Origin: Prochlorococcus sp. AG-355-B18 | GTDB taxonomy: Bacteria > Cyanobacteriota > Cyanobacteriia > PCC-6307 > Cyanobiaceae | Assembly (NCBI GenBank): GCA_003280965.1 | Contig: QCDI01000010.1 | Coordinates: 1 to 64,000 of the forward strand | Direction of reading: 5' to 3' | DNA length: 64,000 bases | Part shown: positions 1-7,988 of the stretch, piece by piece | How the letters are laid out: every line of letters begins with the position of its first letter | Position numbering within the stretch: the stretch's first letter is position 1 | The notes under the pieces: model-generated | Databases searched by the model: none | Seen by the model: only the letters and a program-made list of their open reading frames with translations | What the model was told of the DNA's origin: nothing | Position numbers and translations under genes: made by a program

Positions 1-151
1 CTTCTTGATTTTCAAAATCCTCAGAAAAATTCCAAGGAGATTTTGTTTTTTTATCTACATGGTCTGGAACAAGGACTTTTTCCCATGAGTATGAATTACC
101 AGTGGTAAAACACATCATTATTAAAAAAATATATAATAATTTTTTAAAAAT
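1..151 (-). CDS. 5' part of a putative secreted protein running off the window (…KKLLYIFLIMMCFTTGNSYSWEKVLVPDHVDKKTKSPWNFSEDFENQE…)
   Basis: Manual translation: frame open from 166 to the window edge; basic + hydrophobic signal-peptide-like N-terminus; ATGs at 118/115, upstream in-frame ATT at 151; start uncertain. Confidence 0.5.
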   Translation of the reverse strand, partial: MFKKLLYIFLIMMCFTTGNSYSWEKVLVPDHVDKKTKSPWNFSEDFENQE

Positions 152-190
152 TACCCTACCCCGTGATTATATTGATAGTGTAAGTATGGC

Positions 191-406
191 TTAAGTTGTT
201 CCTTTATGAACTTCACTCTCTATTATTTTATATAGTCTCCTTGATTGAGGTGATTTAAGGGCATTATTGTAATTTTCAATAAATGCAGAATCGTCTAAAA
301 AGGATTCACTCTCTATTTTAAAACTTTCTTTATAAGAATATTTGATTTGCTCCGTATTTTTTGCTTGATTTGATCTTTTGGTAGAAGGTAAATTATTTAA
401 ACTCAT
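191..406 (-). CDS. hypothetical protein (71 aa)
   Basis: ORF track; ATG start; no recognisable motif. Confidence 0.55.
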   Translation of the reverse strand: MSLNNLPSTKRSNQAKNTEQIKYSYKESFKIESESFLDDSAFIENYNNALKSPQSRRLYKIIESEVHKGTT

Positions 407-573
407 TTCTTATTGTTATTTTTGATTTAATGTCTTCGATATTCAAGGCTTAAAATATAGAAGACACTAAAAATTTAAGATTATTAGATTAAGAAGTTAT
501 TAAGCAGAAAATAAATTTGTTTAAAAAACTTCTAAATTTCTAAACAAAATATTTTTCTAATAGTCAAAGTTTA

Positions 574-603
574 TTTAATAAGAATTTAACTCAGGTTTAA
601 CAA
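574..603 (+). promoter_or_regulatory. Pho-box-like site (three 8-mers at 11-bp period)
   Basis: TTTAATAA (574), TTTAACTC (585), TTTAACAA (596) resemble the cyanobacterial PhoB/SphR repeat PyTTAAPyPy(T/A). Confidence 0.55.
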
Positions 604-623
604 TAGACACTTAAAAAGTAAAT

Positions 624-776
624 ATGGATAAGAATCAACTTGTTAATTTCATTACTTTTTCAATTCTTGAAAGTAAAAGAGTTGAAGACAGATTATTTAG
701 AAAAGAAATTTATAGCTATCTTACCCAACTAAATAAAAAACAATTAAAAGCAATTACAAGTGAATTTATCATTTAA
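624..776 (+). CDS. small hypothetical protein (50 aa, MDKNQLVNFITFSILESKRVEDRLFRKEIYSYLTQLNKKQLKAITSEFII)
   Basis: Manual translation, below ORF-track cutoff; ATG 624, TAA 774-776; overlaps start of next ORF. Confidence 0.55.
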   Translation: MDKNQLVNFITFSILESKRVEDRLFRKEIYSYLTQLNKKQLKAITSEFII

Positions 777-1206
777 AAAAAATATAAAAAAGCTACTGGT
801 TGTATTTATTCTTATTCTTACTTCTTGCAGTACAAAAGATGAATTATCCATTACCCAAGAAGGATTATCCATTACCCAAGAAGAATTATCCATTACAAAA
901 GATGAAATTTCTATTAAGAAAGGTAAATCATCCATTAGTGATGAAAAAAAATTATTTTATGTAACTAAAGAAACTGCTGTTCGTCTTTGTGGAGGTAAAT
1001 CCAAAATAATTGAAAGTGAAAATGAAGAAATAATCAAAATAGAAGTAAAGGATTTTTCAAATGTTGAAAAAGAAAAATTTGTTCAATTTACTCTCGTTGA
1101 AACAGATAGGAAAGGGGGTAAATATAGAATTGTTAATTGTTATCCAAATAAAAATCCGAAAAAATCGGTAATTAAAACAATCAAGACTAATTACAAGTTA
1201 AATTAG
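760..1206 (+). CDS. putative lipoprotein with heptad repeat linker
   Basis: Basic N-terminus, hydrophobic stretch, lipobox LTSC; 7-aa repeats ELSITQE/GLSITQE/ELSITKD; GTG start. Confidence 0.75.
   Translation: MNLSFKKNIKKLLVVFILILTSCSTKDELSITQEGLSITQEELSITKDEISIKKGKSSISDEKKLFYVTKETAVRLCGGKSKIIESENEEIIKIEVKDFSNVEKEKFVQFTLVETDRKGGKYRIVNCYPNKNPKKSVIKTIKTNYKLN
841..945 (+). repeat. 21-bp in-frame tandem repeat, 3 near-identical + 2 degenerate units
   Basis: GAATTATCCATTACCCAAGAA / GGATTATCCATTACCCAAGAA / GAATTATCCATTACAAAAGAT / GAAATTTCTATTAAGAAAGGT / AAATCATCCATTAGTGATGAA. Confidence 0.9.
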
Positions 1207-1303
1207 TCTTAGGTCAACTAGATTAAACGAAAATATTTAAATGAGATTTAAAGCTGCTTTAAACTAAATAATCTATAAAGAAAGAGTAGAATTAACTTTT
1301 ATT

Positions 1304-1471
1304 ATGCATCCAAGCAAAGTAGTCAAAGATCCAAAAATCAACGATACTTATTATGATCCAGATGTTGATAAACTTTATCAATATGTAAAAATTGGTGACT
1401 TTACTCCAGAATGGGTGGTGACAAATTTAGGTGAAGATGACGATTATTATTACGCTTCGATGGGATATTAA
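1304..1471 (+). CDS. small acidic/Tyr-rich hypothetical protein (55 aa, MHPSKVVKDPKINDTYYDPDVDKLYQYVKIGDFTPEWVVTNLGEDDDYYYASMGY)
   Basis: Manual translation; ATG 1304, TAA 1469-1471; coding-like composition versus flanks. Confidence 0.7.
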   Translation: MHPSKVVKDPKINDTYYDPDVDKLYQYVKIGDFTPEWVVTNLGEDDDYYYASMGY

Positions 1472-1502
1472 TTTAAAAAGCCATTATTAAATTGAATAAG
1501 TT

Positions 1503-1542
1503 TGTCTCTTTAAATTTTTGTGTGAGGAATTTTAAAGAGACA
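1503..1542. ncRNA. candidate Yfr1-motif sRNA hairpin
   Basis: Perfect 12-bp inverted repeat TGTCTCTTTAAA/TTTAAAGAGACA; loop reads ATTCCTCACAC on the minus strand (10/11 match to Yfr1 motif ACTCCTCACAC). Confidence 0.5.
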
Positions 1543-1687
1543 TTCTAAATATAAGTAAAAAAGTTTAAGGGTAAATTAAAAAGGAAATAAGATAAAAATA
1601 AAAAAATAAGGTCTCAATGTAAAGCAAATATGAAATAATTACATCAAATTAATTTGATTATATAAAATAAAATTGATAGTACTTTAA

Positions 1688-2416
1688 ATGGCTATTAAAG
1701 ATCATAAAAGTTTGCAAAACTCAAAAATTCTTCTTGTAGAGGATGATAAGAGCATTAGGCTGACAGTCAGTGAGACGTTGAATAGCGAAGGTTTTAAAGT
1801 ATCAAGTTTCAAAGATGGTTTAAGTGCTTTAGATTTTATTACTAATGAATCTAATAATGATGTTGACCTAATAATTCTAGATTTAATGTTGCCAGGACTA
1901 AATGGATTAGAGTTATGTAGAAAAATAAGGAATGAAGAAAATTTTACACCCATACTAATTTTGAGTGCTAAAGATAATGAATCAGACAGGGTTCTTGGTT
2001 TAGAGGTTGGTGCAGATGATTATTTAACAAAACCTTTTGGTTTAAATGAATTAATTGCTAGATCAAGAGCCTTAATAAGAAGATCTAAACGTAATAAAAA
2101 AAATATAGAAAAATCACAAACTGTCATCGAGTTTAATCATATAAAAATATTCTTGGAAGAATGCAGAGTAACTTCTTTTAATAAAGAAATAACATTATCT
2201 CCCAAAGAATTTAAATTATTAGAGTTATTTATGAAAAATCCAAAAAGAGTATGGTCAAGGGATTTAATACTTGAGAAGATATGGGAAATTGACTTTATTG
2301 GTGATACTAAAACTGTAGATGTTCATGTTAGATGGCTAAGAGAGAAATTAGAAGAAGATCCCTCCGCTCCAAAGTTTCTTAAAACTGTAAGAGGTTTTGG
2401 CTATAAGTTTGGATGA
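1688..2416 (+). CDS. phoB: phosphate regulon response regulator PhoB (OmpR family)
   Basis: Receiver domain (LLVEDD, LDLMLP, GADDYLTKPF) + winged-helix (VDVHVRWLREKLE, TVRGFGY); adjacent to phoR and pst genes. Confidence 0.95.
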   Translation: MAIKDHKSLQNSKILLVEDDKSIRLTVSETLNSEGFKVSSFKDGLSALDFITNESNNDVDLIILDLMLPGLNGLELCRKIRNEENFTPILILSAKDNESDRVLGLEVGADDYLTKPFGLNELIARSRALIRRSKRNKKNIEKSQTVIEFNHIKIFLEECRVTSFNKEITLSPKEFKLLELFMKNPKRVWSRDLILEKIWEIDFIGDTKTVDVHVRWLREKLEEDPSAPKFLKTVRGFGYKFG

Positions 2417-3573
2417 AAATGAAAACACTACAAGAAGTATTATTGTTTTTTCATCAGAATTGGAAAATACAAGTTAAGCAGTTTTCTCAATCAAAAGAAA
2501 AAAAATTTGAAGTTGATAAAAATAAGTATAGAAAAACTGTTGATTTCCCATTTGACAAAATTAGACCTCAAGAAGTGTTGTCTTGGTTAGATTATTCATC
2601 ACAAGGATGGATAATCTTATCATCTGATCTAACAATAAAATTTATCAATCAGAAAGCTTTATCTCTTATTAGGGTTATCAAATATAAAGATGTTATTGGA
2701 AAAGCAATTAATGATATTAATGAGCTTGAAGTACTAAGAAATAAAATTCTGTACTCCAAAAAAAAAGATTTCCCAATCAATATTGACTTCACTATTTCAG
2801 GAGACCCCCTCTGGGCAAATATTGTTAGAGGAAGTAAAAAGAATTATTTAATATTAATGGAAAGTAAATTATCAACTGAATCCATAAGAAAACGACAAAA
2901 TCAATTAATTAATGATGTGTCTCATGAACTTAAAACCCCTCTTACCTCTCTTATTTTAATTGGGGAAAGACTTGAATCAGTAGTATCAAAAAAGGATAGG
3001 TATCTTGTTAAAAGGCTTAAGAAAGAGTCAAAGAGATTGAGAAAAATGGCCGAAGAGACTTTAGAGCTTTCTAAGCTAGAAAGTAGCGAAGCTTTTAATA
3101 AAAACAAAAAAATATCTATTTCTGATTTGGTTATGGAATCTTGGCAAACCTTAAAACCGCTTGCAGAAAAAAAAGATATAAAAATAAATTTATTTATACC
3201 AACAAAATATTATATATCTGGGGATATTGAAAATTTAAAGAGAGCATTTATAAATATTTTAGATAACGCTATTCGTTACTCCCCGATAACTGAGGACATA
3301 CAAATTGAAATTTTTAAGAGAGATAGCTCTGTTGTTATAAGAGTTAGAGATAAAGGTATTGGATTAGAGGAAAATGAATTTAATGATATTTTTTCTCGTT
3401 TTTATCGTGGAGATCCATCAAGGACTAAATTCAAGAAAAGTGGTAGCGGTTTAGGTCTTTCAATAACAAAAAAAATAATCAATAACAATAAAGGTTTTAT
3501 AAAGGCTTATAATCATAAAGATGGTGGAGCGGTTGTTGAAACTATTTTTCCATGTATTAATAAAGATTTATAG
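2413..3573 (+). CDS. phoR: phosphate sensor histidine kinase PhoR, apparently soluble
   Basis: H-box SHELKTPL, N-box NILDNAIRY, G-boxes DKGIG and GSGLGLSI; 4-bp overlap with phoB. Confidence 0.93.
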   Translation: MKMKTLQEVLLFFHQNWKIQVKQFSQSKEKKFEVDKNKYRKTVDFPFDKIRPQEVLSWLDYSSQGWIILSSDLTIKFINQKALSLIRVIKYKDVIGKAINDINELEVLRNKILYSKKKDFPINIDFTISGDPLWANIVRGSKKNYLILMESKLSTESIRKRQNQLINDVSHELKTPLTSLILIGERLESVVSKKDRYLVKRLKKESKRLRKMAEETLELSKLESSEAFNKNKKISISDLVMESWQTLKPLAEKKDIKINLFIPTKYYISGDIENLKRAFINILDNAIRYSPITEDIQIEIFKRDSSVVIRVRDKGIGLEENEFNDIFSRFYRGDPSRTKFKKSGSGLGLSITKKIINNNKGFIKAYNHKDGGAVVETIFPCINKDL

Positions 3574-3581
3574 AAAAAAAT

Positions 3582-3908
3582 TTAGAAAATATTAGGACAT
3601 GATTTTTCTGCGATAAAGTTTTTTAAATTTAAAACCCCATCTCTTGTAAAAAGAATGCTTCCTTCTTTGGAGTCATCTGCCCAATAAGAATCTCTTTTAC
3701 CAATAGCTAGCCAAAGCCTATCAGGTAATGTTGGCATGTACATACTCTCGAAAGCAGAGGTTCCAATGTCATTTTCTTCTTTCATATCTTTGCATGCTTC
3801 AATCATTAGTTCAGGACGATTTAAATAATACCTAACACCCTGCCAATAATATTTTGTTTCAGCTTTGACTGGGGCGATGAAGAATATAATAAATAGAAGG
3901 TATTTCAT
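3582..3908 (-). CDS. putative secreted hypothetical protein (108 aa)
   Basis: Signal peptide MKYLLFIIFFIAPVKA; two Cys. Confidence 0.7.
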   Translation of the reverse strand: MKYLLFIIFFIAPVKAETKYYWQGVRYYLNRPELMIEACKDMKEENDIGTSAFESMYMPTLPDRLWLAIGKRDSYWADDSKEGSILFTRDGVLNLKNFIAEKSCPNIF

Positions 3909-3939
3909 GAATGAATTTTATTTAATTATAAGAATTGCC

Positions 3940-3976
3940 AAAAAAAAACCACCTTTTACAAAAGGTGGCTTTTTTT
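3940..3976. terminator. rho-independent terminator after alkaline phosphatase gene
   Basis: CCACCTTTT/AAAAGGTGG stem flanked by A- and T-runs. Confidence 0.85.
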
Positions 3977-3983
3977 AGTTTTA

Positions 3984-6266
3984 CTAGATTTTTCCAATAT
4001 TTAGGAAAAGAGTTTCTCCAGTTGATTTCTTTCCAGTACCATCATTGTCAGTTGAAATCCATGCTTGACCGTCGCTTGTTATTGCTAAACCTTCAACCTT
4101 CTCAAGGATAAAACCACCAGTAGATTTCATAACTGGTTTTAGATCAGTAACTAACTCTTTTTCAACTAATGGATAAAGTCTTGGAGGAATATTAGATTGA
4201 AGACCTTCGAAAATAACATCATCTAAATCTATCTTATATATAGCTTTCAATTTTGCTTTCTTACCATAGAAACTATCTCTTTCGATTACATATAACGCCC
4301 CGTCATGGTAAGTTAATTCTGAAATTCCAACACCGCCTTTTTTGATCCTATCTAATTGATAATTTACTGCCCCCCACTGTTTAGTTTTTAAATTATAGGA
4401 AAGGATCTTAGTAGTATTGAAAGTATCATCACCCCAAGGCTTCTGTTGAGCAATATAAAGAATATCTCCGTTTCTTGTTATGCCTTCAAATCCAGGATTT
4501 TCAGCATAATTAAGATACGAGGCTGGCGGAGTTATCTTCTCTAGAATTTCACCATCTGAGCTTACATGGTAGATAGCAGGAGGATGTTTATCTAGCTTTT
4601 TCTTGATTCCTTCAGTAGAAATGTAGAATCCACCATTACCATCAGTTGTAATACCCTCTTGATCCATAAATAATGCAGTCTTACCATCTAGCTTTATATC
4701 AATAGCTCTTTCCAATAGTGCTGGCGAGGATGAAGGATCAATAACATAAATTCTTGGCTGAGTTTTAAATGTTCCATCATTTACAGCATAAATTTTTCCG
4801 TCATCACCAGCCACCATTCCACTAATTGCCCCCCAAGAAACAAAATCAAGTCCGTTTTCATTTGTTAAATGTGGGTAAGAAGCTGGTGCATCTTGAAGTT
4901 GATAGATAGTTACATGAGAGGAAAGTCCAGGTTCTTTTTTGTTGTAGTCTTTTTCATTAGCTGATGCGATTAGACCTCTATCAGGAATAGCAACAAATCC
5001 TTCTGGTCCAATTCCTGAAGGTAATAGTTGAGTCAATATTGGTTGATTTAATTCTGTGATATCATATACAGCTACTATTCCTGCTCTTTCTGCTCCAACG
5101 AATAAATATGGTGTTCCATCAATTTTAGAGAATGTAACTGATTCAGGTTCTACACCTTTTTTACCAGCTCTCCCATCTTGGAAGTGGCCTATTTGAGCAA
5201 TTGATCTTTCTAATCTATTTGCATCTTCATATACTACTGTTCCATCTTTTTTGAAGATAGTCCAAGATCTTGAACCACCTCTTTTAGCTTGTTTTGGATC
5301 AATATGCTTGTAATCGCCTTCATTTGCTGTTGCAAAATGATCATTATCAATCCATGTTAGACCGTCTGGCTCTCTTCTTACATTTTTTAGTTTTTTCTTA
5401 AATTTATGTGCTCCATCTTTCTTTGTATCCATTCCTGCCATCTGTTTAACAATACCAGCAGTAAAATGTGATATTACATTCCCATCTTTATCTATAACTG
5501 CAAGATGGTTATTCTCTTGAAGAGAAACTACAGTCTCACCAAGATCATTAATTGCAACAAATTCCGGCTCGGGATCGCTAGGAGCTATTTCAGATAATCC
5601 TGTTAAATCTACTTTTTTTATTGATTTACATTGTATTTTCCCTCTTTTGTTTAACTTCACAAGAGAAACATAACCTGGAGGATTAATTTGTTTACCTTCC
5701 TCATCTAATTGAGGGATAAATCCATCTTTATATTCTTCATCTCTCTCATTCTCGATAGCAACAGCTAAAAAGCTTCCATCTGGAGAAACAAAGACACTAT
5801 CAGGCTGCCCACCTAAATCACATTCTTTTACAGCTTTTCTAGTTTCTAAATTATATTGAACTATTGCTCCTGATGGATTTGTATAACTTTCAGATGTATT
5901 TGATCCTATATAAACATTATTTCCAAGAGCTGCAATTCCAGTTGGTTCTGCTTCAAGCTCTACAATTCCAAGAGCTTTTGGTTTCGCAGGATCAGAGATG
6001 TCAACTAAACCAACAACTCCTAGATCACTATCTGTATACATCAAAGTCTTACCATCTTCTGAAGCTGTAACAACTTCTGAAGATGTTTTTGTTGTAGATT
6101 TTGATCCCTTTGGTAAATTATCACTTACATTAAAAGAAGAAATTCTGTTAAAGTTTTTCTCATTTGCCCAATATTTTGTATTCCAATTTGCAAGTCCGCT
6201 ACTTGTAGAGGAGGCGATAATTGCAAGTAATGCTGAAAAACTTGCAGCAGCTAAGGTTTTTTTCAT
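3984..6266 (-). CDS. phoA: atypical secreted alkaline phosphatase (beta-propeller + phytase-like esterase domain)
   Basis: Signal peptide; motifs PEPEFVA, QENNH, TANEGD, GVEPES, GPEG, DQEGI, GFEGI, KVEGLA, DNDG; position between phoR and porin as in Prochlorococcus pho regions. Confidence 0.85.
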   Translation of the reverse strand: MKKTLAAASFSALLAIIASSTSSGLANWNTKYWANEKNFNRISSFNVSDNLPKGSKSTTKTSSEVVTASEDGKTLMYTDSDLGVVGLVDISDPAKPKALGIVELEAEPTGIAALGNNVYIGSNTSESYTNPSGAIVQYNLETRKAVKECDLGGQPDSVFVSPDGSFLAVAIENERDEEYKDGFIPQLDEEGKQINPPGYVSLVKLNKRGKIQCKSIKKVDLTGLSEIAPSDPEPEFVAINDLGETVVSLQENNHLAVIDKDGNVISHFTAGIVKQMAGMDTKKDGAHKFKKKLKNVRREPDGLTWIDNDHFATANEGDYKHIDPKQAKRGGSRSWTIFKKDGTVVYEDANRLERSIAQIGHFQDGRAGKKGVEPESVTFSKIDGTPYLFVGAERAGIVAVYDITELNQPILTQLLPSGIGPEGFVAIPDRGLIASANEKDYNKKEPGLSSHVTIYQLQDAPASYPHLTNENGLDFVSWGAISGMVAGDDGKIYAVNDGTFKTQPRIYVIDPSSSPALLERAIDIKLDGKTALFMDQEGITTDGNGGFYISTEGIKKKLDKHPPAIYHVSSDGEILEKITPPASYLNYAENPGFEGITRNGDILYIAQQKPWGDDTFNTTKILSYNLKTKQWGAVNYQLDRIKKGGVGISELTYHDGALYVIERDSFYGKKAKLKAIYKIDLDDVIFEGLQSNIPPRLYPLVEKELVTDLKPVMKSTGGFILEKVEGLAITSDGQAWISTDNDGTGKKSTGETLFLNIGKI

Positions 6267-6305
6267 TTAGTGCGTAAGAAAACACTTTTTAATGTTGTCC
6301 TTTAA

Positions 6306-6346
6306 AAGTTAAGAAAAAAAAATTATTTTATTAAGAAAAAATTAAG
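6306..6346 (-). promoter_or_regulatory. Pho-box-like site upstream of phoA
   Basis: TTAAG cores at 6309, 6331, 6342 (22- and 11-bp spacing), reading CTTAA on the coding strand. Confidence 0.55.
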
Positions 6347-6364
6347 GTTTATAAAAAGATAAGC

Positions 6365-6400
6365 AAAAAAAAAGGACCTCTAATTTAGAGGTCCTTTTTT
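6365..6400. terminator. rho-independent terminator after porin gene
   Basis: AAAAAAGGACCTCTAA-T-TTAGAGGTCCTTTTTT perfect inverted repeat. Confidence 0.9.
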
Positions 6401-6416
6401 AATGTGGTTAATTTCG

Positions 6417-7754
6417 TTAGAACTTGAAACCAATTTCTGCACCGACACCAGTAATATCATCTGTACCTGCAGGTGATTCAACTATAAATGCAAAAGGAGT
6501 GAAACTCATACCATCATTAAATTTGTAGGTATAAGAAACATCATAAGCATATAATTCCTCATCTCCATCGGTTATTGCACCGTTAGTACCCATTCCGACT
6601 GTGATTTCACCAGGGCCAAGATCAGAACTTAATCCAACTGCAAATTGAGTTGTATCCTTTCCTGAATCTGGGCTACCAAATTCGTATCCACCACTAATTG
6701 TTGGGAAACCATCAGGAGAATAAGAAGCATTTATACCCCAATAGGTTGCTACATCTACATCAGCGTAAGCGAGAGCAACACCAAAATTGTCTCCACTATA
6801 AGCAACGTTTAAAGCATAAATGTCATCACCTGCAGCTGTGAACATACCTTTTGTAGAGTCTTCTCCATCATCAGCAGAAATACCTACTCCAAATGAGAAT
6901 CCATTATCAAGATCATAACCAGCACTAATTGTCTGATCACCACCAACAGCAATGGAGTTTCCTGTACCACAATCACTTAAAGCGTCAACAGTGTTTCCAT
7001 ATTCACAAGCACCAGTAAACTGCTTACTTGCATCCAATGAATCACCAACAGTTACTTTCCAATCTCCAACTGGGAATGTGTAGTTTAGGTCAGAAACCTT
7101 AAGCTCATCTCCAGATTTTTTAGTGAAATCAGTAATTGTAGCGGCGTTTAATATCTTCTTTTTGTCAGCAGCATTGCCTGTTTCAATCTCTACATTTAAT
7201 TTATCTTCACCTGTGAAACTTGTGTTTAAATCAATTTCCCAGAAATAATAACCGGTAACTGCTTCACTGACTGTTTTGCCATCAACTGAAGCAGGACCAC
7301 TAACTCCACCAATCTGGAATTTTGCTTTTCCTTTCATAGTTGTTGTATCAGTGAAAGAACCAGCTTCAATTCCGTTGACACGAGCTTCGAGGCCATCAAC
7401 TCTTCCTTTCATAATTGCCAACTCTGAACCAAGCTCGTCACTTAATCTGTCTATTTGAGCTCCGTTCATTAAGCCTTCACCACCTACAATTAAGTTGTTT
7501 AATTCAGCAGCAGCTTCTAAACGAGTAACTGAGTTACCATTGAATCTTGGACTATTTGTTAGATCCTTTAATGAATCGTAAGCCCAATCTCCTGGATATA
7601 AAGTATCTGATTTGAAATCACCTAAAGATACTAATTTGTTAGAATTTGAATAATTACTAAGATCTGTTGAATTGATCTCAGCTGCATTTACTGCAAAACC
7701 TGACGCCAAAGAAATGATGGCAGGAGCAGCAATTAATTTTTGAAAAAGTTTCAT
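6417..7754 (-). CDS. phoE: outer-membrane porin (Som/OprB-like cyanobacterial porin; PhoE of the pho region)
   Basis: Signal peptide MKLFQKL…AVNA, SLH-like YPGDWAY…TRLEAAA, coiled coil, beta-barrel, C-terminal FKF; likely ATG at 7754. Confidence 0.88.
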   Translation of the reverse strand: MKLFQKLIAAPAIISLASGFAVNAAEINSTDLSNYSNSNKLVSLGDFKSDTLYPGDWAYDSLKDLTNSPRFNGNSVTRLEAAAELNNLIVGGEGLMNGAQIDRLSDELGSELAIMKGRVDGLEARVNGIEAGSFTDTTTMKGKAKFQIGGVSGPASVDGKTVSEAVTGYYFWEIDLNTSFTGEDKLNVEIETGNAADKKKILNAATITDFTKKSGDELKVSDLNYTFPVGDWKVTVGDSLDASKQFTGACEYGNTVDALSDCGTGNSIAVGGDQTISAGYDLDNGFSFGVGISADDGEDSTKGMFTAAGDDIYALNVAYSGDNFGVALAYADVDVATYWGINASYSPDGFPTISGGYEFGSPDSGKDTTQFAVGLSSDLGPGEITVGMGTNGAITDGDEELYAYDVSYTYKFNDGMSFTPFAFIVESPAGTDDITGVGAEIGFKF

Positions 7755-7806
7755 AAACCTCAACACGTAAAATTGGATATTAATCCAAACACATGTCAAC
7801 GAATCT

Positions 7807-7825
7807 AGGTTAAGAAATGGGTAAG
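7807..7825 (-). promoter_or_regulatory. Pho box upstream of porin
   Basis: CTTACCCA-ttt-CTTAACCT on the minus strand; one perfect unit, 11-bp period. Confidence 0.7.
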
Positions 7826-7850
7826 AAATAGAGTTAATAAGGAATTTTTA

Positions 7851-7871
7851 AAGAGAACTTAAAGTTCTCTT
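7851..7871. promoter_or_regulatory. perfect inverted repeat in phoE/pstS divergent region
   Basis: AAGAGAACTT-A-AAGTTCTCTT. Confidence 0.5.
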
Positions 7872-7988
7872 AAACTAAATAAAAAAAACTTCTTAAATTT
7901 TGATTTTTTTATCAAAAATCCTAAAAATAAATATTTATTCATCTTCAAATATTTTCAAAACTAAATAAAAAATGTCCAGATAATATTT

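Noticed and set aside
744..935. Minus-strand 63-aa ORF with VMDN repeats
   Set aside because: Antisense shadow of the lipoprotein repeat
841..945. Repeat array as possible CRISPR
   Set aside because: Units are contiguous without spacers, in frame within a CDS, and no cas genes are present
2413..3573. Possible phoR pseudogene (no TM segments)
   Set aside because: Frame is intact with all kinase boxes; soluble PhoR/SphS is normal in cyanobacteria
7755..7799. N-terminal extension of the porin in the ORF track
   Set aside because: The signal peptide begins at MKLFQKL (7754), preceded by a GAGG ribosome-binding site
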